Source: an uncultured delta proteobacterium
Lineage (GTDB): Bacteria; Bdellovibrionota; FAC87; UBA2466
Assembly: GCA_963778115.1 (NCBI GenBank)
Contig: CAVZSV010000005.1
Span: 448,001 to 512,000 of the forward strand
Reading direction: 5' to 3'
DNA: 64,000 bases
In this document: piece by piece, positions 35,938 to 45,356 of the stretch
How the letters are laid out: every line of letters starts with the position of its first letter
Numbering within the stretch: position 1 is the first letter of the stretch
The notes under the pieces: generated by a model
Told to the model about the DNA's origin: nothing
The model's input: the letters and a program-made list of their open reading frames with translations, nothing else
Database searches by the model: none
Made by a program: the position numbers and the translations under genes

Positions 35938-37851
35938 ATGAAATCATATCTCGTTCTTTTTGTGATAATCCCCCTCGTATCAGTCAACGCTTGGGCCCGA
36001 TGGGCGACTGAGAAAGATAGCCCGGCCATATCCGAGTTCGATAAGGCCAAGATGGAGATAAGAAGCGATGGCAGTTGGACCGCCAAGCGAGACAGCCAAC
36101 TTAAGATACTCAATGAAGAAGGGCGATCCCAACTGGGGACAAGCAACATTAAGTACAACGCCCGTACGTCCAAGATAAGCGATCTTGAGGCAGAAACCAT
36201 TCACGAGGACGGCTCCAGTCAAAGCGTTCCTAAGGACTTCATTGAAGACAAGTCGCTCGCTAGTAGCGCTGAGGGGTTTGACGACACGCGCCAGTTATCC
36301 ATCGCTTTCCCCAAAGTGGAAGTGGGATCGCGGCTCCACTTGAAGTACCGAGAGGACCTTAACGAAGTTCCTATCAAAGATTTCTTTTCGCGCGAGTTTC
36401 TCTTCGGAACCGATATCATCGAGCAAAATACGGAAATCGAGATACATTCAAAGTTGCCCTTATTCATCGAGACCAATGATCCGCACGCGGTTCTTGATAT
36501 TTCAGACCGCAAAGACGGCGATGAACAGGTAATCGTCATTAAGCTCAAAAAACCGCTGTTTACCAAGCCTATAGACGAAACCGACGCTTATCTTAACCAC
36601 TCAGACATGACGTGGGTCGTACTATCCAGCAGCAAAGACTATGCCCTTTTAGGAAATTCGGTCACCCAAGAATATGAAGCGGTTTTGAACGCCGACTTGC
36701 CTGCCCCCTTCAAAACTATCTTGGAAGCTGCTCGCAAAGAAAAAACTCTGACCGACCAAGCAAACACGATCACTTCATTGCTTGCCGATCAGGTTCGCTA
36801 CCTAGGTGACTGGCGTCCGCGTCGCGGCGGACATATTCCGCGCTCTCTGGAAACCATCTCGTCCACCAAATTCGGCGACTGCAAGGACTTTGCATCTGTC
36901 ACGGCAGCCATTCTTCGTAAACTTGGCCATACCGCTTGGGTGGCATGGGTAGAACGGGGAATGAAGCCGACTCCGCTGCCGAAATTGGCGTTGGATTCGG
37001 CCTTCAACCACGCCATCGTGGCCGTTGAGACCAAAGAGGGAATTCGTTGGCTGGATCCCACGAACTATGCAAGTTTTGCCCAAGGAATCTTTGACGATAT
37101 TCAAGGTCGCCCCGCTCTTTTGATAGTTCCTTCTCATTCACACATGGAAGAAATTCCGATTAGCCCGGCAAATCAGTCCGAACTCTCTCGAATCTCAAAT
37201 CTCGCCTTCGATCTTAACGGAGATGCCATTCTTCGTGCTGATTTGAGCTACCAAGGTCGCGGAGCCACTTTGGTTACCGGACTCACCAGAGAAATGTCGA
37301 CGGAAAGTATTAATTACTTGCTCGCCAAAGCGGTCGCGGAGGACAACTACGTGAAATGGACGAAAGTCCAAAATTACGATCTTTCCAGTCGAATCGTGAA
37401 AGACACGTTCTTTAAGATCGAAGTCGGCGTTAAGAACATGGCTTTGCAAACTACCGCCGGACTCGCCTACCAAATGCCGCGTGGAGACTTAAGAAGCCTA
37501 CTTGAAATGGAGCCATCCAATCGCGTGTCCGACTATTACTTGGGAAACTATGAGATAGTGCGCATTACTTACCAGATCGATCAGGCGCAACTCATTGGTC
37601 ACTTGCCGCGAGGATGCGAATTAGACTCCCCCTGGATGAAAATTTCGCGAGTGTTTAAGAAAACCAAAACTGGAATCGAGATAAGCGACAAACGAGAAAT
37701 TAAAAAGCGGAACTTGACCAACAAAGAAATTAAAGGTGCGATATTTGGAAAATTTCAAGATTCTCTTCAGAGTTGCTTCAGACAGGTCGCCGTCGTATTC
37801 CGCACCACGAAAAAAAGATCCCATTTGGAATCCTCAAGCGGGAAACCTTAG
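35938..37851 (+). CDS. Exported DUF3857 plus transglutaminase-like domain protein
   Basis: Signal peptide; FPKVEVGS; catalytic triad GDCKDF / FNHAI / WLDPT. Confidence 0.9.
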   Translation: MKSYLVLFVIIPLVSVNAWARWATEKDSPAISEFDKAKMEIRSDGSWTAKRDSQLKILNEEGRSQLGTSNIKYNARTSKISDLEAETIHEDGSSQSVPKDFIEDKSLASSAEGFDDTRQLSIAFPKVEVGSRLHLKYREDLNEVPIKDFFSREFLFGTDIIEQNTEIEIHSKLPLFIETNDPHAVLDISDRKDGDEQVIVIKLKKPLFTKPIDETDAYLNHSDMTWVVLSSSKDYALLGNSVTQEYEAVLNADLPAPFKTILEAARKEKTLTDQANTITSLLADQVRYLGDWRPRRGGHIPRSLETISSTKFGDCKDFASVTAAILRKLGHTAWVAWVERGMKPTPLPKLALDSAFNHAIVAVETKEGIRWLDPTNYASFAQGIFDDIQGRPALLIVPSHSHMEEIPISPANQSELSRISNLAFDLNGDAILRADLSYQGRGATLVTGLTREMSTESINYLLAKAVAEDNYVKWTKVQNYDLSSRIVKDTFFKIEVGVKNMALQTTAGLAYQMPRGDLRSLLEMEPSNRVSDYYLGNYEIVRITYQIDQAQLIGHLPRGCELDSPWMKISRVFKKTKTGIEISDKREIKKRNLTNKEIKGAIFGKFQDSLQSCFRQVAVVFRTTKKRSHLESSSGKP

Positions 37852-38066
37852 CTATTGGCCGAGTGCGGCAATTATATTTAGGCACTATGATAAAAATAGT
37901 CGCTAATTTATTTTCTATCTAAGACAATCCCTTTTATAATTAGTTACTCGATGTTGTCTGTTTGAAAAAAATTCGTTTGCGTACCAGACCAATCTTTTTC
38001 AAAATATATATTCAGGCGATTCGAAACTGCAGTTATCCAAACATAAATTTCTGAGCGCAAAAATAA

Positions 38067-39491
38067 ATGCAAAGCAACTCACGCTTCGAAACTAATCCGG
38101 ATTCTCGCAAATATGTCGGCCCTTTTCCTGGTGAGATTTCACCAAGTGAAGTTCCAAAAGACGCCGTCCCCGAGGGGCGAGATCTTCGCAAAGAATTAAT
38201 GGCGAAGATTTTAGATCGTTCCGCTCTGGTGGGTGTCGTCGGAATGGGTTATGTCGGTCTACCCTTTGCCGTCGAGAAAGCCAAAATGGGCTACTCCGTC
38301 ATCGGGCTGGATAACAACCTCTCACGGGTCGACCAGATAAACCGAGGGGAGAACTTCATACCCGACGTTCACGACGCGGAACTGAAGGCTTTGGTCGGTA
38401 GCGGAATTTTCCGCGCAACCACCGACTACCAATGTGTTGCCGATTTAGATGTCATTGTTATTGCCGTCCCTACTCCCCTTACGAAAAATCTAACTCCTGA
38501 CCTTCAGTATGTCGAAAGAGTCACACGGGAGCTTGCTCGACGAATGCGCCCGGGTCAGCTGATAAGTCTTGAGTCCACCACTTATCCGGGAACGACCGAA
38601 GAGATTATGTTGCCCATTCTTCAAGAGTCAGGGCTTAAGGTCGAAAAGGACTTTTTCCTCGCCCATTCGCCAGAGCGCGTAGATCCGGGAAACAAGAGAT
38701 TTTCGACGAAAAACACCACTAAAGTGGTAGGTGGAGTCGGACCTAAGTCTCACGAAGTTGCTGTCAGCTTCTATTCGAGCACTATCGACAATGTAGTTCC
38801 GGTTTCCAGTGCAAAAGCGGCCGAACTCGTAAAGGTTTTTGAAAATACCTTCCGAGCCGTGAATATCGCTCTGGTCAATGAGTTGACCCAGCTTTGCGAC
38901 AAGATGGATCTCAATGTTTGGGAAGTCTTAGACGCGGCGTTCACCAAACCGTTCGGAATCATGCCGTTCTATCCTGGTCCCGGCGTCGGTGGGCACTGCA
39001 TTCCTCTCGACCCACACTATTTGGAGTGGAAAGCTAAGGAGCTAAATTTCAATACCCGCTTTATTTCACTCGCTGGTGAAGTGAATCGTTCCATGCCTGA
39101 TTTCGTCATCGATAAGATCATCCGAGTGCTGGAACACACCGGCAAAAGTCTTTCTGCGGCTAAGATCGCGGTTCTTGGAGTCTCCTACAAGAAAGATGTA
39201 GGCGACTACCGGGAATCTCCGGCGGTCAGTATTATTCACCTTCTCAAAAAACGCGGCGCATTGGTTCGTTTTCATGACCCTTATGTCACCGAAATCCACG
39301 AAGACGGCTTTTCCTTGGACGGTCACGAAATGAGTGCGGAGCTGCTCTCTTCAAGTGATGTGACGTTGATTCTAACCGATCACAGCTCTGTGGATTATGA
39401 CTTCGTGGTCAACCACTCCAAGGTGGTCTTCGATACGCGCAATATCACCAAAAAGGTGAGACAATTTCGCGAGCGAATCATTCTCTTATAA
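38067..39491 (+). CDS. UDP-N-acetylhexosamine 6-dehydrogenase (WbpA/WecC family)
   Basis: GMGYVGLP, ESTTYPGTT, SPERVDPG, GVGGHCIP, DYRESP. Confidence 0.93.
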   Translation: MQSNSRFETNPDSRKYVGPFPGEISPSEVPKDAVPEGRDLRKELMAKILDRSALVGVVGMGYVGLPFAVEKAKMGYSVIGLDNNLSRVDQINRGENFIPDVHDAELKALVGSGIFRATTDYQCVADLDVIVIAVPTPLTKNLTPDLQYVERVTRELARRMRPGQLISLESTTYPGTTEEIMLPILQESGLKVEKDFFLAHSPERVDPGNKRFSTKNTTKVVGGVGPKSHEVAVSFYSSTIDNVVPVSSAKAAELVKVFENTFRAVNIALVNELTQLCDKMDLNVWEVLDAAFTKPFGIMPFYPGPGVGGHCIPLDPHYLEWKAKELNFNTRFISLAGEVNRSMPDFVIDKIIRVLEHTGKSLSAAKIAVLGVSYKKDVGDYRESPAVSIIHLLKKRGALVRFHDPYVTEIHEDGFSLDGHEMSAELLSSSDVTLILTDHSSVDYDFVVNHSKVVFDTRNITKKVRQFRERIILL

Positions 39492-40016
39492 GTTTTCGGC
39501 ACCCGCTGGCTCTTGAGCCATAAACCCCAATGCAAAAAGGGTCTTAAAAATAAGACTCTCCGGTAGCAATGCCGGACTCTTTACGATCTGACACGTCATT
39601 AAACTTCCCGAAGGGTGGGGAGAGACTTCGAGCTTCGCCAAAACGGTAAAGCCCGCCGTGAGCTCTACGTCGTAAAAGAAAGAAGTGGCGTTGCGATCCA
39701 CCAAAGTCGTTTTAACCGTAACCAGCCTTGCCCCTCCGAAAGCAGGATCTACCAAGGGCAAATCCGGCATTATATTCATCGTCACCGTATTTCCCTCGAT
39801 TAATTTCGATTGGATTCGAAAAAATCGATCTAGTCTCGAAGCGTAGTGTTGTTGGCGGGTCATGGGGTAACGAGCCAATCTCGTGGAGAGCGCTGAAGCA
39901 AATTCGTCGGGGCTCGCATGGATGACGCGATATCCTTTCATGGGAACTGCCGCCCACAAAGGTTGTGAAAAAAAACCGACCAGCACAATCGCGGACACAA
40001 ACGATCGAAGCTTCAT
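39486..40016 (-). CDS. Exported hypothetical protein
   Basis: GAGG RBS; signal peptide MKLRSFVSAIVLVGFFSQPLWA. Confidence 0.65.
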   Translation of the reverse strand: MKLRSFVSAIVLVGFFSQPLWAAVPMKGYRVIHASPDEFASALSTRLARYPMTRQQHYASRLDRFFRIQSKLIEGNTVTMNIMPDLPLVDPAFGGARLVTVKTTLVDRNATSFFYDVELTAGFTVLAKLEVSPHPSGSLMTCQIVKSPALLPESLIFKTLFALGFMAQEPAGAENL

Positions 40017-40087
40017 GGATTATCCTCGCTTAAGGTGATTATTCAGACGTTCACAGCGTTGGCTTGCCTAAGCCGCGAATAGCTGCG

Positions 40088-40675
40088 TCATCGTCTGGCT
40101 AGTAACAGATATTCGTGGGTCCCTTCCTTTTGATACGGGGCATCGAACCGGACCTGGGGCTTTCCTATTGATACCAACGGAATGGGATTGAAAGACTCTT
40201 TGAGACACGTAAGCTCCAAAAGGGCGGACTGGGAAATGAATCTAGGGTTGGTGCCTACTACTAGTTGGCCCTCGGTCTTAAGGTGTCGGCTGATAACTCG
40301 AAACGCGTTTTGAATATCACTCGGCGCATCAAGCCCAAAACCGATAACTCCGTTCAAAAAAACCAAATCCAACCCGTCAGGGAAAAATGCCTCTCGGAAG
40401 CTATCTAGATCTAGGATATCGCCATTGATATGAAGATCGCCACCAAATTTTGCCATCGAAGGATCGCAATCGATCGTGATAAATCGAGAGCGTTTGAAGT
40501 ATTGTCCGTAACCTCTGGTATAGCGACGAACCCCCACAAAAAGCACCGAGGGCAATCCGAGACGACCAAAGTGAGGAAGCAGCTGGTGACTCAAGAATCG
40601 ACGATCACTAGGAAGCCACAAACCCCAATTCCAAGATTGAAAGTATAAGTAATTATAGAGTCGGGCGAGAAACAA
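40088..40675 (-). CDS. Class I SAM-dependent methyltransferase-like protein
   Basis: VLFVGV, ITID, DLVFLNGVIGFG, LKTEGQLVVG. Confidence 0.75.
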   Translation of the reverse strand: MFLARLYNYLYFQSWNWGLWLPSDRRFLSHQLLPHFGRLGLPSVLFVGVRRYTRGYGQYFKRSRFITIDCDPSMAKFGGDLHINGDILDLDSFREAFFPDGLDLVFLNGVIGFGLDAPSDIQNAFRVISRHLKTEGQLVVGTNPRFISQSALLELTCLKESFNPIPLVSIGKPQVRFDAPYQKEGTHEYLLLARR

Positions 40676-42239
40676 AAGCGGTCTCCAATCTCACAGGCAA
40701 GGAACGCATTTTAGTTTCAGGCCTGCCCGCCCACCCCGAACTCCATTTTAGAATCTCTCTTCGAAAGCGAAAAATCCCAGCCGAAAGCGAGAGAAAATCT
40801 CGCCTTCCGTCGATAAAAATAGTCCCCTCGAGCATGCTCAAATGATGACAAGCATCGGGATACTCCGAGCTGGGTGATATCCGCCGATAAAACTCCTCGC
40901 TAAAGGCTTCGGGTGTTAGTCTATTAATTCTTTGCAACACGATCGATTGACCGTAACTCGTTGAACAATCCTGAGCCGGTCGCAAAAGATGTCCTTGATA
41001 GTTAAAAACATTTCCTGCCGATCGACTGCTGGAGGCGTCGCATTTGATAGGATTGAGCAAATGAGGAATCCAGGGACCACTCATCCTTGACGAGTACCAG
41101 GCATGCAAACGGCTGTTGCCCTCGGAATAGTCATCGAAAATGGTGGCAAACACCCACCACAACCCTCCGGAACGAAAAATAGTAGGATCGGCGTATCTAT
41201 CGCCTTCCGCGACAACTCCCACCTTTTGCCATACTCGAGGAAATTTTTCGCAGCGATAGATAGCGATTTCCCGACGAGCCAGGGTCTCTGGTACGCAGAA
41301 AAGTCTTTCGTTGTCACGAATGAGGCAAGGATAAGAGGTGTGGAAAGGAAATTCTAAAGCAACATCTCGCTTGTGATCGTAAATCCCACCGTCCAAAGGC
41401 AAAACGGCGATGGCACCTTTTTGTTTGCAAAAATCATAGCGTTCCGCAAAGACGAATTTCTCACCCTTTTCGCTAGTAATAAAAGGATCGGCATAGAAAA
41501 GGGGCCACTTAAGATCCATCAGCCAATCCACTCCGGAGGGCCGCCCTGCTTCCAGAAGCCCTTCCAGCGTATCTGTGGCCATACCAATATTCCATTGAGG
41601 AAAAATAAATGCTCTTCGAATCGCTCTCGCCACATGCGCAATTTTTCGTAGAGGAAGCAAAGCGAACAACATCGCTTTCATCAATAAACTTTCCCCTATT
41701 TGCCCTTCACCAGAGACACTACGCTCTATTTTAATCTTTCCTGTGTCGATAATCTGTTGGGCTAAACGGGCAGGCCAATCACTGCATTGGGCCAGGACGG
41801 ATACCCGGTGCTGCCTGAGGGAGTGAAGAACGGATCGAAACTTCCCTCTTTTTAAAATTTCAAGTTTCCCGTCGAGAGAATGACAAACCAGAGCCACTTC
41901 CTGGGTCGCTCGATTCCATAGTTCGCCAATTCCAAACCTTGAAGCATCTTTCGTAGCCAGATTTCGAGGCCCAAACCGCAAAGACCAAATCCCGTAGGGC
42001 AGAAAGGATGCCCATTCCAGGGGAACTTCGGCGTCCAAATTCAAAATGAAGTCTAGCCGCAAAGCCTCTACCGATTGGCTAGAAGTACTTTGCAGTAAAG
42101 AAAGCATAACTAGATTAGTGGAGCCACAGACCTTGCTTAACTCCTCCACGAATCCTTTGGACCACTCCGGTAGCGATTCTCTAAAGACAATAGCGCATCG
42201 AAGTTGCCTTGGAGTCACGGTATTAAGTGCCGCTAACAC
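40653..42239 (-). CDS. GINT1 N-terminal-like beta-propeller protein with a degenerate formyltransferase-like N-terminus
   Basis: QWNIG, FYADPF, HTSYP, PET, HLLNPI...SSRSAG, RPAQDCSTSYG. Confidence 0.75.
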   Translation of the reverse strand: MLAALNTVTPRQLRCAIVFRESLPEWSKGFVEELSKVCGSTNLVMLSLLQSTSSQSVEALRLDFILNLDAEVPLEWASFLPYGIWSLRFGPRNLATKDASRFGIGELWNRATQEVALVCHSLDGKLEILKRGKFRSVLHSLRQHRVSVLAQCSDWPARLAQQIIDTGKIKIERSVSGEGQIGESLLMKAMLFALLPLRKIAHVARAIRRAFIFPQWNIGMATDTLEGLLEAGRPSGVDWLMDLKWPLFYADPFITSEKGEKFVFAERYDFCKQKGAIAVLPLDGGIYDHKRDVALEFPFHTSYPCLIRDNERLFCVPETLARREIAIYRCEKFPRVWQKVGVVAEGDRYADPTIFRSGGLWWVFATIFDDYSEGNSRLHAWYSSRMSGPWIPHLLNPIKCDASSSRSAGNVFNYQGHLLRPAQDCSTSYGQSIVLQRINRLTPEAFSEEFYRRISPSSEYPDACHHLSMLEGTIFIDGRRDFLSLSAGIFRFRREILKWSSGWAGRPETKMRSLPVRLETAFVSRPTL

Positions 42240-42286
42240 AGGTCACCGATATGAAGTTGCCACAACATAGTAAGATGGCGTTCGAT

Positions 42287-43387
42287 CTAAACCTTATCCT
42301 GAACGCTTCCTTTTTCCCCCATTGGAGCCGAAATCAAACTTTCAGAAGAGTTTTTTTCGCAGCGAGATAGATACCACGCTAACGTTTCGGCCAACCCTCG
42401 AGACACGTCATAGCGAGGTTCATAGGACAACACTTGCTTTGCCGCTGTGATATCCGCTAAAGAATGGCTTATCTCTCCTTTTCGCGGGCTCATATAGACC
42501 GCTTCCGCTATCGCCATCTCGGGCCGACGTTCGTTTAAAATCTGTTTAATTTTTCCGAAGAGTTCGTTGAGTGAAGTACCCGCACCGCAAGCAACGTTAA
42601 AGACTCGATCCAAAGCTTTAGGCTCTCGGCTCACGGCGGCAAGCAAATTGACCTGCACCACATTTTTTACGTAGCAGAAGTCTCGGCTCATCGTTCCATC
42701 GCCGTAGATGAGAGCGGCGTTACCGCTAAGAAGGTTATAGATCCATTTCGGAATCACGGCCGCGTAAGGACCGTTGGGAAGTTGTCTCGGGCCAAACACG
42801 TTAAAATATCTAAGTCCGATAATCGGCATATCGAAAAGCGAGGCAAAAGTGTGCGCATAAAGTTCGTTGGTTACTTTCGTCACCGCATAGGGGGAAAGGG
42901 GGCGGCCTGTTTTCGCTTCCACTTTAGGAAGGTCGGTATTGTCACCGTAAACCGAACTAGACGAAGCATAGACAAAGCGCTTTACGGCGGCATTCTTGGC
43001 CGCCTCTAGTAATGTCAGAAAACCGGTGACATTGCTTTGGTTCGTATTAAGCGGAGTTGCGATCGATCGAGGAACCGAGCCCACAGCGGCATGGTGCAAG
43101 ACCACCTCAACCCCTTCGCACGCTTGGCGGCAGACGGCGACATCACAGATGTCCCCTTCGATGAATTCGAAATTTTGCCACCGACTCCCCACTCGCGCCT
43201 CAATATCCTGGAGATTTGCCCGGGTACCATTCGAAAAGTTATCAAGGCCGATAACACTTTGGCCTAACAAAAGTAACTCCTCAACCAAATGTGAACCGAT
43301 AAATCCAGCCGCTCCAGTCACCAACCATAATCGCGGGACCTGGCGCAAATCGGCAATGATGTTGTCAAACGTTGAGTTTTTCTGCAT
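42287..43387 (-). CDS. UDP-GlcNAc(A) C4-epimerase (WbpP/TviC family)
   Basis: WLVTGAAGFIGS, GSVPRSI, ASSSSVYGD, SPYAVTK, YAAVIPKW. Confidence 0.92.
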   Translation of the reverse strand: MQKNSTFDNIIADLRQVPRLWLVTGAAGFIGSHLVEELLLLGQSVIGLDNFSNGTRANLQDIEARVGSRWQNFEFIEGDICDVAVCRQACEGVEVVLHHAAVGSVPRSIATPLNTNQSNVTGFLTLLEAAKNAAVKRFVYASSSSVYGDNTDLPKVEAKTGRPLSPYAVTKVTNELYAHTFASLFDMPIIGLRYFNVFGPRQLPNGPYAAVIPKWIYNLLSGNAALIYGDGTMSRDFCYVKNVVQVNLLAAVSREPKALDRVFNVACGAGTSLNELFGKIKQILNERRPEMAIAEAVYMSPRKGEISHSLADITAAKQVLSYEPRYDVSRGLAETLAWYLSRCEKNSSESLISAPMGEKGSVQDKV

Positions 43388-44429
43388 TGCTTCCCCCAGC
43401 CATCGGAATTCTCTGTTGGTTTTGAATTTTCGACACAATGGACAAGAAATGGCTTGCCGAATGTTGAAGCGTATATCGACCCAGCACGTGCCGCCTGGGG
43501 CTTAGACTCGCCATTTGATCGGCGAATTCATCAAAACGCTCCTTTAAATCATCGGGCCCCGCGAACCGACGCCCTACTTCCGGATGAAGGTATCCGCAAC
43601 TCGAGGCGCCCTGGAACTGTTGTCCCAAGAACGACATGACGCCCGGATCGTAATGGATCGTAGGAACATCACTGCTCCACGCTTCGAAAGAGGCTAGCCC
43701 TTGAGTCTCCGATTGAGAGAGAAAGACAACAAATTGGCTTTTCGCTAACTCTTTTCGAAACTCTTCCGGAGCATAATGGCCGTACTCCACCACCTTAGCT
43801 TTCAATCCGCGTTTTTCGATAAGTTTCTGGCAAAGTCGAAACACGTCGGAAGGAACGGCCTTCTTGTAGATGATGACTTGATCTCTTTGGCCGCGGGGAA
43901 TAGTAGAAAGGTGCCACCACTCCGTATCGACTCCCGCAAACCAAACATGTGATTCGGGGACTTCTCGCCCTGCTAGACGATGAAATAGGCTCCTGTGCCA
44001 TTCGCTTAGAAATAGCAGAGCGTCTATCTCAGGCGATAGCAAGATTTCATCGTACTCGGAGGGAATGGTAGCGATAAAGGGCCCGACGATTAGACGACGT
44101 ATGGTACCCGCACGCTTTTGATCAATGGCCCAGCGCAGACAACGCACGTCTTTTATCACTACTACCGTATCGAGATCGCCTGTGACTTCGAAACGATTTT
44201 GCGACAACGCGACACCGTTCTTGATCAGGGTTCGAATTAAAGCGTCTGGAATGCGCACCGAACCGAAACTCCTAAGGGCGCGTGTTACGCCATCCCAGTC
44301 GCCCAAAAGAAATCCCTCTTTAACCAGGACTTTGGTCAAAATCTTAATTCGCTGCGCTCTAGATTCAGGAAAGGAGTCTAAAACCAAGAGCGAGTAGACA
44401 TCTTCAATTGATCGTGAGGAATGCTTCAT
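43365..44429 (-). CDS. Glycosyltransferase (GT-B/GT4-like)
   Basis: IVGP, SEW, WFAGVDTEWW, SETQGLASFEAW. Confidence 0.8.
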   Translation of the reverse strand: MKHSSRSIEDVYSLLVLDSFPESRAQRIKILTKVLVKEGFLLGDWDGVTRALRSFGSVRIPDALIRTLIKNGVALSQNRFEVTGDLDTVVVIKDVRCLRWAIDQKRAGTIRRLIVGPFIATIPSEYDEILLSPEIDALLFLSEWHRSLFHRLAGREVPESHVWFAGVDTEWWHLSTIPRGQRDQVIIYKKAVPSDVFRLCQKLIEKRGLKAKVVEYGHYAPEEFRKELAKSQFVVFLSQSETQGLASFEAWSSDVPTIHYDPGVMSFLGQQFQGASSCGYLHPEVGRRFAGPDDLKERFDEFADQMASLSPRRHVLGRYTLQHSASHFLSIVSKIQNQQRIPMAGGSNAEKLNV

Positions 44430-44815
44430 GCTCAATGGTTAAGACCTTTGTCTACAATCCCTTAACTGCGCTAAAAACTGCATTTGGGTGAATTAAACGC
44501 AGCGACCCAAAAATGTGAATTGAATTTCGCAAGTAAATTAAATTCCATTGACGTCCGTTTGTCGACGAAAATTGACTTAGACGCGGCGCTCATTAAAAAA
44601 CCCTGGACGGGCTGGGACGGATAGTTAAACTGTCACAGTGCGATTCAGGTAAACACGAAAAACGGCGCTTTCGCAGAGAAACATACGAGAAAACTATAAA
44701 TTAACTCGTTACCGAGTTGTCGTTACCGGCCAGCGAGATTATAGTTTTCTTGGCTAGCCAAACTTTCGCGGGGGATTTACTTCTGAAATGCACTATCAGC
44801 AAATGGGGAGTGTGA

Positions 44816-45340
44816 ATGGGTCGTCTTTACAGCGTCGTCATTAGCATCGTGATTAGTCAGTTAATCTTCTTACCAGTGGTTAGAGCCGAGGTGGTAGAAA
44901 CCGCTGGCTCCTTTTCGGTAAACAAAGACGAACCGACTTATAAAAGCGGCAGCGTTTTTGTTAACTCCACCAAAAAGAACGATGTTCTTATCAAAACGAA
45001 CGTATGGGGCGCGGTCCAATTTCCAGGGGTACATTATATCCCCTTGGGAACGCGTTTCTTAGAGGCAATATCGTTCGCGGGAGGGCCGGTCGATTCCGCG
45101 GAAACGGAAGATATCACGCTCTCGTCGAAGCCGACGGGCGGGTCCACTTCCAGTGTGGTTCGGCAACTTTCGATAAGAAACGCACTGGCACAAGAGAAAA
45201 ATAACCCAGTCTTGCAACCCGATGATATTATTGTCGTCGAAGAAAACCATTCCAGGGACAAGATTGCGCTCTATATCACGATTGGTACTTTTCTCGTTTC
45301 CGCAGCTGCCTTGGGACTAGCGATCTCCGATCATAGGTAA
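44816..45340 (+). CDS. SLBB-domain polysaccharide export protein (minimal Wza-like)
   Basis: Signal peptide; NVWGAVQFPG, EAISFAGG, LQPDDIIVV; C-terminal hydrophobic helix. Confidence 0.8.
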   Translation: MGRLYSVVISIVISQLIFLPVVRAEVVETAGSFSVNKDEPTYKSGSVFVNSTKKNDVLIKTNVWGAVQFPGVHYIPLGTRFLEAISFAGGPVDSAETEDITLSSKPTGGSTSSVVRQLSIRNALAQEKNNPVLQPDDIIVVEENHSRDKIALYITIGTFLVSAAALGLAISDHR

Positions 45341-45356
45341 CTTTTAGGTAACTTTA

